Source of the DNA: Lama glama
Taxonomy: Eukaryota
Direction of reading: 5' to 3'
DNA: 64,000 nucleotides
Assembly: GCA_028534125.1 (NCBI GenBank)
Contig: CM052817.1
Location: forward strand, 53,756,001-53,820,000
Position numbers and translations under genes: made by a program. Positions within the stretch are counted from its first letter, which is position 1, and each line of letters begins with the position of its first letter. The notes beneath the pieces are model-generated. The model saw nothing but the letters and a program-made list of their open reading frames with translations, had not been told where the DNA came from and ran no database searches. Below, in pieces: positions 12,706 to 23,809 of this stretch.

Positions 12706-14639
12706 ATTCACAAAACTGCTAGGCAAAACTGCAACAAGTAACTCGACTATTTGCAAACGTCTATTTGATGGCACTTTTCTCCTTTGTATCAACAACGCTC
12801 CTAACAGTTGAGGTCAACTTTCAGTAGACAGTTGTGCCGCTGAGAACTAAAATTTACCCTTAAAAATTATGACAAGATTGCCATAGGCCACCATAATTTT
12901 GCTAATTATTTAAATTTACTGAGAATGCATGCGTAGATTAACATAAATCTGAACCTTGAAAGGAGAATCTGTCAGTATTAACAAATAAGTGCTACACACC
13001 TACAAATCAGACATTATTCTGTCATGTAACACTTAAATTTGGCTTAAATATATATAGCTTTGCAGATCAATTCTCCATGTATAAAGATCTGTGTTGCATT
13101 AATTTGTGTGGGAGGTTGATGAGAACGAGGATTGGAGGCAGGGGTAAATAAAAACTCACAATGCTAGCCAAGTTATAGTTTCAGAAGGAGAAGTGTCTTT
13201 TTGCCAGTTCTGCCACCCGGATGGGGCACATTTTTGCAATGTACAGCTTGGGGTGGGGGCGAGGGGGGGAAGAGGCATCTTTCTGCAATTCATACAACAA
13301 TACCATATTTGTAGAAGCTACCTAGCAAAATTTGACTTAAACTGAAATTTCTGATGTCAGTTGAATTTATTAAATTAAAAAAATGGGAAATGCAATTACA
13401 TTATTCATGATGATAAAGTCTAATAAAATTTAATTACAGAAAGTATCCCAATTTCTATATAAATCTGCAAAAAGAGTGGAAATGTGTATAACAATGAACG
13501 GAACCACCAGAGAAATGTCTCCCCAAATGCTTCACTTTGGGATCAAACTCAAGTTTTACAGGTATCGTTAACCTAAATGACTCAGAATGTGGTTTAGCCA
13601 GCAGGGATTATGGGTAGGAGATACAGGTGGGAAAGATTACTATAGCTACGAATTGTTTCTACTATCACTAGGAAGTTGAAGCTACTAGAAATTTGGATTA
13701 GATTTCCAGTGGCCTGGGAGGAGCTTGGGGATTGAGGACTGACATCAAGGTATGTGTAAACAGTGTGTATTTAAATAAACAAATCTTTCTGTGGCGTTTG
13801 TGAAACTTGGGTTTGAATTAGAGTTAACTTTCCTTGAAACCCTCTGTAATGAACCATCACCTTAAGGCTCTCAAAAACCTCCTACCTGTGTATACAGTGG
13901 CACAGGTGAAGTAAACTTGATGGTTGGTAGTCCTGGGTTTATGGGTATTGGCTCCAGAGAACTCTGGATTTGCATAAGTGTGTAGCATTGGAGCAAGCAA
14001 GTCAACAGAAGAAAAATATTTTCAAATGTACAGGGAACACTTGGAAACATCTTCATAACTATAGATATTCAAAGGACAAATGTAATAAAAGGTTTTAAAG
14101 AGATGAGGTGATCAAATAACAAAGTTTCAAAGAGAATATGTAAGAATGGTTACATGAGTTGAAAATTATCGATAAATCTTCCAAGGTCTTGCTTGATTCC
14201 AAGGAGAAAAATTTCAATAGTAACCAAGTTAATCACACTGGGATATCTAAACAAGTTATCTGACACACAGGATGCAACAAGTTGGTTCAAGAACAGAATA
14301 TTAGAGATGATTAAAAAAAAATAAAAACTATTGAGACGGATTTCTGCACTGTATGGTGGATGCTTTATTCTTAATGAATCCCAAAGATGACAATGATGGA
14401 TTCTTATTTGGAAGAATAGATGATAAGACATACAGAATTTTAAAATAATTATTCTTTTGATGAATTAGGCAGTGGTATGAATAGGAAAGAAACCCTAAAG
14501 TGAAAATAGGACTAATTTTTAGACAAATTCTTATATTTTTCGAAGACCGGAAGTATTCCAAAGACAAACATGAGATTTAATATATCTAACTTAGAAAAAA
14601 AAGAAAATGGAGTTTGAATTAAATAAAAATATTCCAGCT

Positions 14640-15020
14640 TTAAGAAACTAAGAATGAATGGGAAGTTAGAATATATGATGATGTAAAAATGCAATGCCTA
14701 AAGATTTTATTTGAATAATAGAGAATATAGTCTTTTGAATAAATAGATGTGAATAATTATGTTGCTGAGGTGACTGAAGTTTATCTGGAAAGGTGAATCT
14801 TGGATGCCACCTACCTAAATATGATACACACGCCTGAATGCAGGGAAGATAGGACCCTGGGAAATAAGACAAGATTAAAGAAGGAGGTTAAGGACTAGTT
14901 TTAGAGATATAATATGAAGAAATAAAATTTTAAAGTACGGCACTCATCTAAGATAAAAAATAATGAGATGAGAATAAAATGAGGAGTTACTGACTTGGGG
15001 GAACTGGGAAATTAATGTAG
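14640..15020 (-). mobile_element. Decayed LINE-2 ORF2 3' fragment that hosts the 42-nt exon
   Basis: The minus strand reads CCCAGTTCCCCCAAGTCAGTAAC ... ATATCTCTAAAACTAGTCC ... ATTCAGGCG ... GCATCCAAGATTCACCTTTCCAGA ... CTTTAGGCATTGCATT. These blocks are collinear with the L2 consensus as I recall it. Confidence 0.6.
14815..14856 (-). CDS. ADGRL3: ADGRL3 42-nt alternative cytoplasmic-tail cassette exon: GSYLPCIQACVSYL
   Basis: Minus strand reads ttgtcttatttccCAG|GG TCC TAT CTT CCC TGC ATT CAG GCG TGT GTA TCA TAT TTA G|GTaggt. Symmetric phase 1-1, matching the phase-1 donor at 17153. It resembles a rodent LPHN3 isoform insert that I recall as GSYLPCIQACVTYL. Confidence 0.85.
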   Translation of the reverse strand, partial: GPIFPAFRRVYHI

Positions 15021-17152
15021 GAGATCAGGAAAACCACTGTGATGTCTATCACCATTAAAGTCACCATGTGAAAGGAAGAATATATATCCTGAAGGACAAG
15101 ATCACTGCATGGACATACTCCAAATCATAAATTCAATTTAAACCCTCCCCTAAGCTATCATTAAAATAACTTGTTGGATGTTACAAGAAATTTTTATACC
15201 CTTTCTTCAATAACTTTAAGAAATACCTTTTAAAGCTAAAGATTTTTAAAAGCATTTAAACATATGATCAGACAATATAAAGTACACTATTTTATTTAAA
15301 TCTATTTCAAACTGACCTATTCATCCACATATCACATATTCCAAGTTGATGAAATTTTTGAGAAGGAACTAAAAAGAACACTGCAATGTTACATAATGTG
15401 ACCGACCTTAAAATCAAGGTCATAAAAATTATTCATTTAAAATAGTTTTTAATAAAGCTACATACCTTGCTAAGTTTATATAAATTTAGATAAATTTACA
15501 TAAATCATAATGCTAGACCAAGTAGTTATTTTACATATTTTCTCCATCTTCACAGTAGGCAAATAAACTGCATCATTAAAATCATATTTTTTTCATCTTT
15601 TGTTTAAACTCTTATTCTATGGTTGCTGTGATCATTAGATGCAAGATACTTCCAATAATAAATCCTATTAATGAGAATAGTTTTCTAGGAACATACTGAA
15701 AATTTCCTATGTATGAGATTATTTAAAGAAAAAAGAAAATCTGTCAGTGTGAAAGAAAATGAATTCCTAAACATTGGAAGCATTTGTAAGCAATTTGTTG
15801 TCTATGATTTGGAAAGTATGTCAAAAAAGTTGAGTATTCATATTTAAATAAATTTTCACAAACTAACCATTAAAAAAAAACTTTACAAGAGAAGAATACT
15901 TGAGAGAAATTATTGAAAACAAACTAAAAATGAAACAAAGTACAAGAAGGTAACTGTTTTATTTTAATGTATTTTCTTCATATGTGGAGAAATATTTGCA
16001 CTCACTCTTCTTACTTAAGCAAAAGTGATATAGACAAGTTAGCATCGACACTAGATTATAGTTACTACATCACTGCCACAAATAACGTACGAAAGCCAAT
16101 CAAGATTATACGTAATATGGATAAGTGGGTGAATCCCTATATCAAAGTTGTAATTGTTAAATTATTTGGTTTCTAAGTAGCATTCAGTATAACAAAAAGC
16201 TGACAGAAACAAGTTTAAAACAAACAAATAATTCTAGTTTGGAGGTAAGGAAAAAAAACGATGTTGATCATAAAAGTAACAACTGAATATATACATTAAA
16301 AAACTCTCTCTTAGGACACTGGGATTAGCATATGCTCATACAAACACCACCCCCCACCTCCAGATAAAACTGTATTCTAAAGATTTCTGAGCACTGACTG
16401 TAGTGTACTCCAGCTTTCCACAAATATTGTATCAACTCATTTTTATAGCAGCCAATTTAATTCTAATCACACACACACACATGCTGGTAGGTGCTAGAGG
16501 AAGGGAGGAGAGAGAGAGAATAAAAAAATCAACCACAAACAAAATAGTACATTAGGAAATTTCATTTGCAAGATCTAAATGATGCCCCTAGAAGCATTTT
16601 AACTAGCAGTACATACACACCAAAAAAATCATTTATATGTTTTCTTCTCCTGTATCTTTAAATATCCAATATTGTCTGGACAAGTCTTTTTGATATTAAG
16701 ATTAGATGTGGTTTTTCCCCCAATACACAGGTTGCCTGAAGTATGTACTAGACAGTATAATTTTGCTTCCACAAAGACTGTGAAATTGCTCTGTACCTGG
16801 GACAATGTGGAACTCTACGATGCTCAGCGGACTATACAGCCACATAATTGCCCACTTCCACTGCTTTCAATGAGGCCTGACAGCTCACCGGTTTATAGCG
16901 GTGGCAGATGACTAAAGAAAAAAGTTGCTCGTTTTTACACTTCTCTTTAGAAAAGATTTCCTGAAAATTCAGGATTGAAAAAGAAAGACTTATGAATAAT
17001 GAGACTCACTGCTACACTCAACTAGGTTTTATACTCCTGCAAAATTCCTATCACATGGAACAAGGTCCAGAAGTTAAAAATAAAGCAATGCATTTAAGAA
17101 CTTCTTGAAGTAATCACAAAAAGAATAAGTAGGAACAATCATTTCTAATTAC

Positions 17153-17249
17153 CTCTGTTGAGTGACGCTGAACTGTTTATATCTCCAGTAATGAAGGAAG
17201 ACTCTGACTGCTTTCGGACCGTGTCATTCCACATTCTACGAATTCGGCT
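17153..17249 (-). CDS. ADGRL3: ADGRL3 coding exon, cytoplasmic tail (97 nt): [32 protein letters not shown] + G
   Basis: Minus strand reads ttttccccatccAG|AGC CGA ATT ... AAC AGA G|GTaatt. Phase 0 in, phase 1 out. [14 protein letters not shown] is the latrophilin C-terminal signature. Confidence 0.97.
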
Positions 17250-18599
17250 CTGGATGGGGAAAAGGAAAAAAGGAAATGAACTCACCATGCGGTGAATTTT
17301 CACACAAATTACTCTTTTTTGTTTCTGTTATAGTTAGAGGAGACCTAGATGTCTGGCATCTGGCAAATATACAACTTCTACATGCTTGTAATAGAGTAGC
17401 ATGAGAATATCAGAAACTAAATTAATGATGATAACTGGTTCTCATTGAGAGTATTCTTAAATGCTTATACCAGAAATAATTACAGCTCTTTAAAAGGAAT
17501 AAATGTAATGTACTATCCTTCTTTAAATATGTTTAAGATACATAAAAATGTGTTCTAGACAGAATTTAATAATTGTAATTTCTAAAGTAAAACTAATTAT
17601 TTTCATTGTAACTTTTATGGGAATGGGATATTTATGCATTAAATTGTCATTTTTATTAACAAAAGATTTAGCTTAAGAAATCAGAATCTTGCGAGAAGTA
17701 GTTTGGTAAGAAAAGAACACGGATTACTACCCAAATGCTACTAAACTCAACATTTTCAATAAATTTTGTAAGAAGACCAATGTAATTTTACAGGTTACAT
17801 AGTATCTTGACTTTTCTTTCTTTTGAAGGAGATAAAGGAAGTCGATTCATCTTTATTCATTTCTTCACAGTAGGAAGTTTTATACAGAACTGAACATTCT
17901 TACATCATTATATATATTCTCAAATTCAATTTTCTAAGTGTTGGATAATTCAAGAAAGCAGTGTAATATTTTTCCATTTTGGGGGGCTTTTTTTCTGGTT
18001 TATTGTTTTGCTATTTTATTGAGTATTAACAATCTTGTGACCAAGAAACAAAATATTTTTAGAAGCTTTTCCAAAGATAAAAAAGTTATAACAACTATTA
18101 CTAGTAGCAATGGGGAAATCAAGCTCACAAATGGGTTATAGTCCAAATATATTTGAACTCTTTGAATAACAGGAGTATCTAACCTTAAAATATTAGACAA
18201 CTACTTTTATAAATTTTGGGACAAGTTTATCCTTCAGAAATATTGTCTACATTGTTACATAGGTCAGCAAACACATACATAAACAGCAAAACTAATGAAA
18301 GTATAATAAGAAAACCAGAGCAGGATTTAGACCTTGAGCACTAGAAAAATGTTTCTACTGAAAAACATTCCAAAACTTCAAACTGAAATACTGGAGACAA
18401 ATCTCTTGTATTTGTTGTATTAGTTAGTTAATTAACAATATTAATTCCTTTCTACCACATGCCGAATACTAATCTAGGAAATACAGAGGGGAAAGGCAAA
18501 CACAAACCACCTTTACTTTCTTGGAACTGCTAGACCAGTAAGCGACAGATTAATCAAATATTAAGCAACAGAAATAACGCAGAAGTCCATGTACCCACA

Positions 18600-18990
18600 A
18601 ATCTCCACAGAAGCATTACTTATTGTCACTGAAAACTGTGAAGAACCCAAATAACTATTAATGGCTGAAGAGATGAATAAATTATCAAGTAATATACAGC
18701 AATGAAAATTAAAAAGCAATATAGATGTCCGAGGAAAGAAGGAGAACATAAAAGGATATGTACTGAATAATGTCATTTGAGTAAGTACCAAATACATGCA
18801 AAACAAGAACTGCTGTTCAAAGTTAAGACAGTGGTTATGTTTTGAGGTGGATGATTGAGAACAGGTCAAAGGGTTTCTGAGGTACTCCCAATATTCTAAT
18901 ATTCGACCTGGGGAAGGGTGATAAATCACAGTGCCATACACTTATATTTTGTGTGCTTTTGTTAATGTTTATTATACTACATAATTTTGG
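18600..18990 (+). mobile_element. Old L1 3' UTR fragment (L1ME-like)
   Basis: gaagaacccaaataactattaatggctgaagagatgaataaatt ... aagggtttctgaggtactcccaatattcta. Confidence 0.65.
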
Positions 18991-19159
18991 AGACATCTTA
19001 AGTGCACATTATAAAGGAATATGTCCTTGTCTAGAAAATCTGCAAACACTGCACTGAAGCAGTGACATCTCAACTGAGAGTTGATGGAATTATGATCGTT
19101 GTTAGGTGACATTTATTTGAACTGCCTCTATTATCTTCTATTATTATCATCTGTTAGTC

Positions 19160-19690
19160 TCTCCTACCTGGGCTAGCCACACCTGTTTCCATGCTGTTCC
19201 TTAACATGCCAAGCATGCTTCTGCCTTAGGCTTTGCACAATTGTTTCTTCTGTCTGGGGTGCTCCTTTCCCAGATACTGGTATGAATAACTCCTTCATCT
19301 CTTTTAATTTTTACTCAAATATTTTCTCCTTAAGGAGACCTCACTAGATCACCCTATTTAGAACTGTACTCCATCCACCCAACTTTACAATTTCTGACCC
19401 TAGAATCATTACTATCTTCTATGATACTCTGTATTATTATAATGTACTTAATTCTTATATTTATATTTAACGTCCAATTTTTTTGATGGAGGTACTGGGG
19501 ATTGAACCCAGGACTTTGTGCATTCTAAACTTGCACTCTACCACTGAGCTATACACCCCTCACTAATGTCTAATACTTAATGTCCAATGTCTGCATTAGG
19601 GTGAGGTCTAGAAGAACAGAAATTTTGTATTTTTTTGTTCATTGATGTATCACACACCTGAAATAATGCCTAGTACATGGTAATTATTAT
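19160..19690 (+). mobile_element. LINE-2 3' end, interrupted by a younger SINE
   Basis: gctgttccttaacatgccaagcatgcttctgccttaggctttgcac ... ttttgttcattgatgtatc...aataatgcctagtacatggta. Confidence 0.75.
19478..19563 (-). mobile_element. tRNA-derived SINE (camelid Vic-1-like)
   Basis: Minus strand: GGGGTGTATAGCTCAGTGGTAGAGTGCAAGTTTAGAATGCACAAAGTCCTGGGTTCAATCCCCAGTACCTCCATCAAAAAAA. A box at 19541-19551, B box at 19498-19508. Imperfect target-site duplication taa(c/t)gtc(c/t)aat on both sides. Confidence 0.85.
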
Positions 19691-19769
19691 ATATGAGTAT
19701 ATATAAAAATATATATTAAATATATTATATTCAAATATTTCTATTAATTCTATGTTCTATGCTATATAT

Positions 19770-19935
19770 TTTTCATGTATTCACTCATTGAAACCTCCTA
19801 AGAATTCCTTGAGGTAGGTATTCTTTTATTCATCAGAAAACTGAGGTTTAGAGGTTAAGATGTTGAATATCACAGATTCAAGTACGTGCATAAACAATAT
19901 CTGAATCCAGTCATCTGGCTCCTAATCTAGAAGAT
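19770..19935 (-). mobile_element. MIR SINE
   Basis: ccttgaggtaggtattc...agaaaactgaggtttagaggttaag...tctgaatccagtcatctggctcc. Confidence 0.75.
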
Positions 19936-20699
19936 TAACAAGTACCCGCAATATATCAAATAATAGTTGAGTAGGAAGAGGAGAAAAGGATAAAATATTA
20001 CAGGCAGAGGAAAAGTACATAGTATGTGTGACACAGAGCCAGCACTTAAATGTTCATGGGATGAACCAGACGAGCCTTAGAATGTGGGCATGAGTAAAAG
20101 CAAGTCACAGAAGAGCATTTACAGTAAGATCATTTTAAAGAAAGATTTTTTAAAAGGCAGAGTAAGCAACATCTTTTTTGAAGAAGAATAAACTATTCAA
20201 ATAAGTCAAGGAAATGAAGAACAAAGTTAGTAGAGTGTCTCTGGCAGGGAAGCACAGGGATGAGTTAGGGAGAGGTTCCAGGAAGAGAAAAACAAATGGA
20301 AAACATTCTATTTCCTAAGGTAGATGATGAGTTCACAGGTGTTGATTTTATTACAATGCTTCACAATTTAATATGTGTTACATATTTTACATTTTGAATA
20401 TCATATAATAAAAGTAAATACATCTACAAAGTCAGTAAAACAAATGAAAGGTAAATGACAGAACAGTTAATGAAAGGTCAAAGTGGAAAGGACAATACTT
20501 CAGTCCATAGTTTTTATAAATACACACACACACCAATCCTGTACATATCTCTGTGAATATGCATTTGTGTGGTTAGGGGTATTATCAACCTTTTATAAGT
20601 GGTTAGCACCAGGAAGTAGGTATGGGAACCAACAGTGGAGAGGATTTTTACTTTTTAGTCTTGCCAATCACACCCCTCCATTACCTACATACTAGCCAT

Positions 20700-21225
20700 G
20701 TGATCTTTATTACATGAGTGATTTCCTGTCACTTCCTTTGCTAAATGGACACATTGGCTTTCTACAATAATCAAAATAAATTCTAAACTTCCATACCCTT
20801 ACAAATACCTAATATCTTTGACTTCATCTCCCATTTACTCTCTCACTGCTTTAGCCCATGACATTCTTCCTATTCCTGAATTTGCCCAAGTTCTGCCCAC
20901 TTAAGGGCTTTATATAAGATGTTCTCTCACCTGGAGTTCTCCTTCCCTGAACTTCCTTCCTGTCATCTCCCCAAATAGTCTTTGTCCAGCACTTAATCCA
21001 AGTAACCACCTGGATGTTCTGTATCCCATTATCATATTTGGTTCTCTACCAGCTCTCATAATCTGATATTCTCTGTTGGTTTATTTGTTTGCTAATACAT
21101 TTTCTGCCTTTTACAACTAGAATGTAAGCTCCAGATCATACGGGAAGTTATTTGTCTTTTAACATTTTATCTCCAGAGCTTAGAAGACTGCTTGGCATTA
21201 TATAAGAGAAACTATTTCTTAATAA
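20700..21225 (+). mobile_element. LINE-2 3' fragment
   Basis: tgatctttattacatgagtgatttcctgtcacttcctttgct ... actagaatgtaagctcc ... ttatctccagagcttagaagactgcttggcat. Confidence 0.75.
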
Positions 21226-21584
21226 AAAATTTCAGGATTGTTATTTTAGAAGTTCTCTGATGTGAAAAAGGCATCTATACTCCCAGAATTTTACCTTAAT
21301 ATCAGTGAGTATTCTAGACTTTGTTCATGGAAGTTCACAGCTAATATGAAATATTTATTATTTTTCCTAAACAGACTGAATTTAAGTAACAGTCACTTTA
21401 TATAGGTTGGATTGTCATAGTTAATCAGAATTAGTATTATAATGAGCATAAAGAAACAATGTAAGTTTTTTTCCCCAACATTAGAATTATGGTGTTATAA
21501 CTATAAAAGTGAAAAAATGATACAGCTTTAAAATATATACCTGAAATTTTTTCTGCAATAATGACACTAGTAAGTGGTAGCTGC

Positions 21585-21790
21585 TCCAATTTGTTGAGCA
21601 TTTACAATTTGTTTTGTTTTGTATACATTAGTTCAGTCTTCCTAATAACATAAGAAATCAGTATTACTACCACCACTTTACATATGAAAAAACCGAGGGA
21701 GAGTGAGGTTTAATAACTTGTGTCACAGCTGGTATATGGCAAGGCTAGAATTCAATCCAAGGTCTATCTACCCATTAAATTTATGATTAT
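21585..21790 (-). mobile_element. MIR SINE
   Basis: atttgttgagcatttac ... ccactttacatatgaaaaaaccgagg ... taacttgtgtcacagctggtatatggcaaggctagaattcaatccaagg. Confidence 0.8.
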
Positions 21791-22109
21791 TTTATTAAGC
21801 TGCACTGACCTATCTTGTAGTTTAGAAGTAAAGCTAAACATTGCAAAACTCTGTTCTAACATAATAAATGAAACTCCAAAATATTATTGTTCATCAAGGG
21901 CATATGTCAATAAAATGACTACAGGATGATGGTTGATAAGCTCAGTTTTATGAAAAGCATGCAGAAACTAATCAAGTTAAATGACATATAAAATCTCGGA
22001 AGTTTCAGTTTAAAAGTTGTGGAAAAGACTGTTACAAAAAAGAGAGATAAGAAGAGAGATAAGAATCATCAGGTTGAAAATTAAGGAGTGGATTATTGGG
22101 AACTCATGC

Positions 22110-22930
22110 TGGAAGCATCATTCAGGTGCGCCCCATACCTTATGTGAGACGTCAGATTCCGAACTGGCAAATTTAGTAGTCTGAAATTCAGAAATCTCAG
22201 TGCACCTAAGCTGGTACACTCCTTCCCCCAATTTGCAACTGTGCAACCTCAGTAAGGTATAGAAATACTAAAACAAATACAAATTATTAGTGATTGTAAA
22301 TTATGTGTAGGAATAAGTTTCATGATCATTATATTTCATGGTTATTAACTTATGTGTTAAGATAGTCTGATAAGTTTGACAGTTATATATTAGATTTAAA
22401 ATTTTCAGTTGGAATTATTAGATTGATATTAGATATGCAATTTTATTTGTAAGATTTTAAAAGAGAATTCCTTTAGTTTGAGGAAAGTGTTTGTTTATGA
22501 GAATATTGTTCACTATTTTTAATTTATAGGTTTTTCAAGTGCTAGTTAGATGTGTACAACTGTCCAGTCTGACAGTGGATATGTTTGAATGAATCAGATA
22601 TGTTAGATTTGTAAGTAATATTTGAAAGTTACAAGGATATTTAATTTTCTATGGATATGAATGGTGGAACTGTTTCGGAGAATTTAATCTATTAAATTTA
22701 CAAGCCAATTAGGAATTAATTAAAGAACAAATGAAGTCATCTTTTTTATTTTATATATAAAATTATTAAAATAAAAAATAGATTTATAGGTGGAGCTAAA
22801 AGAGTTTTTAAAAAAACTAAGTTCTTGATTATAATTTTATTTATGAAGTTAAGGTCTCCTTCAGAAAATTTCAGTTAGCAACAGCAAAAAAAATGACTGT
22901 TTTTCCCACCGAACCATGCAGTCTTAAAAA
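22110..22930 (+). mobile_element. Probable fossil of a hAT-superfamily transposase C-terminal region
   Basis: C-depleted stretch with collinear degenerate peptide motifs: RKVFVYE (22481-22501), FFxxxLDV (22531-22554), SLTxxxFE (22566-22589) and a frameshifted A[E]R[S]F[S]KL[K]LI..YL[R]S (22795-22849). Confidence 0.5.
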
Positions 22931-23683
22931 TGCTAGTCTGAACTCAAACTCATGCATAACACACATAATCTTATGTCTTTTATTTACCTGGCTTATTTTA
23001 GCATCCTAGAGTTGCTGAAATTTCTACATAATAGTATTTGAACTGACACTGTGGCCTGGGATAAATGGCAGACAAGTTCCCTCAAAGTTTCAAATTTCCC
23101 TGGTGAGAGATGATACAGCTGCTAAATCTAGTGTAGGGACTGATGGGAGTAGCACTTAGACCAGTTAAATCAATGATGCTGTTATGGGATTCTCATTGCC
23201 CTGACTTGTTCTTCAACTTACCAGCATACAATATGGTACCAGTTATAACTGTTTTTTTACTAAACATATCATTTAATCAGTAAGGATTTTCAGTGTGTGA
23301 TAAAGAATTGCTATGCTAGTTAGAAGAAAAAATTAACTCAAGAATCATACATATAAAATGTTACTTTCTTCGAACTTTGGGTGAAATGCCAAATTCCTTT
23401 CGTCATCTTCTATACTCATTCGACTAGGAACATTCTGAAATTATTAATTATTATGTAAGCTTAGACTATACATTTCACAAATTTTTTGCAATTTTGGTTT
23501 ATTAAATTTCGTGTCATGACCATTCTCATTTGAGACATACTGAAACAAAAACAGCAAATTTGTTAAACATGGGATAGAAAATAGATCTGATCAAGAAAGG
23601 ACAGAAACTCATAACATAATATAGGTAAGAGACTTTATTTTTTTTTTAGAGACATTTCATTTTAATGAACAAACATTGTTTAC

Positions 23684-23809
23684 CTGTGAGCCCGTGGAGT
23701 AGCGCCCAGGAGTTCGAGAACCAGATGTTTTCCCTGAGCCAATGGAACTCTCTGTACTTTTGCCACTACAACAATGTGTTCGCAGGCATTTTCCATATTC
23801 TTTTCGTAC
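23684..23809 (-). CDS. ADGRL3: ADGRL3 coding exon, helix 8 and proximal tail (126 nt): VRKEYGKCLRTHCCSGKSTESSIGSGKTSGSRTPGRYSTGSQ
   Basis: Minus strand reads tttttgacTAG|GTA CGA AAA ... TCA CAG|GTaaac. Phase 0-0. A branch-like CTAAC lies at 23832-23836. Confidence 0.97.

Noticed and set aside
15478..15506. Short tandem ataaattta(g/c) repeat, and tctaat repeats at ~25950-25985
   Set aside because: These are low-complexity AT-rich micro-duplications with no spacer structure. They are not CRISPR-like and show no sign of function.
19487..19560. tRNA gene
   Set aside because: It has A and B boxes, but the anticodon arm is degenerate and it has an A-rich tail and a TSD, so it is a SINE.
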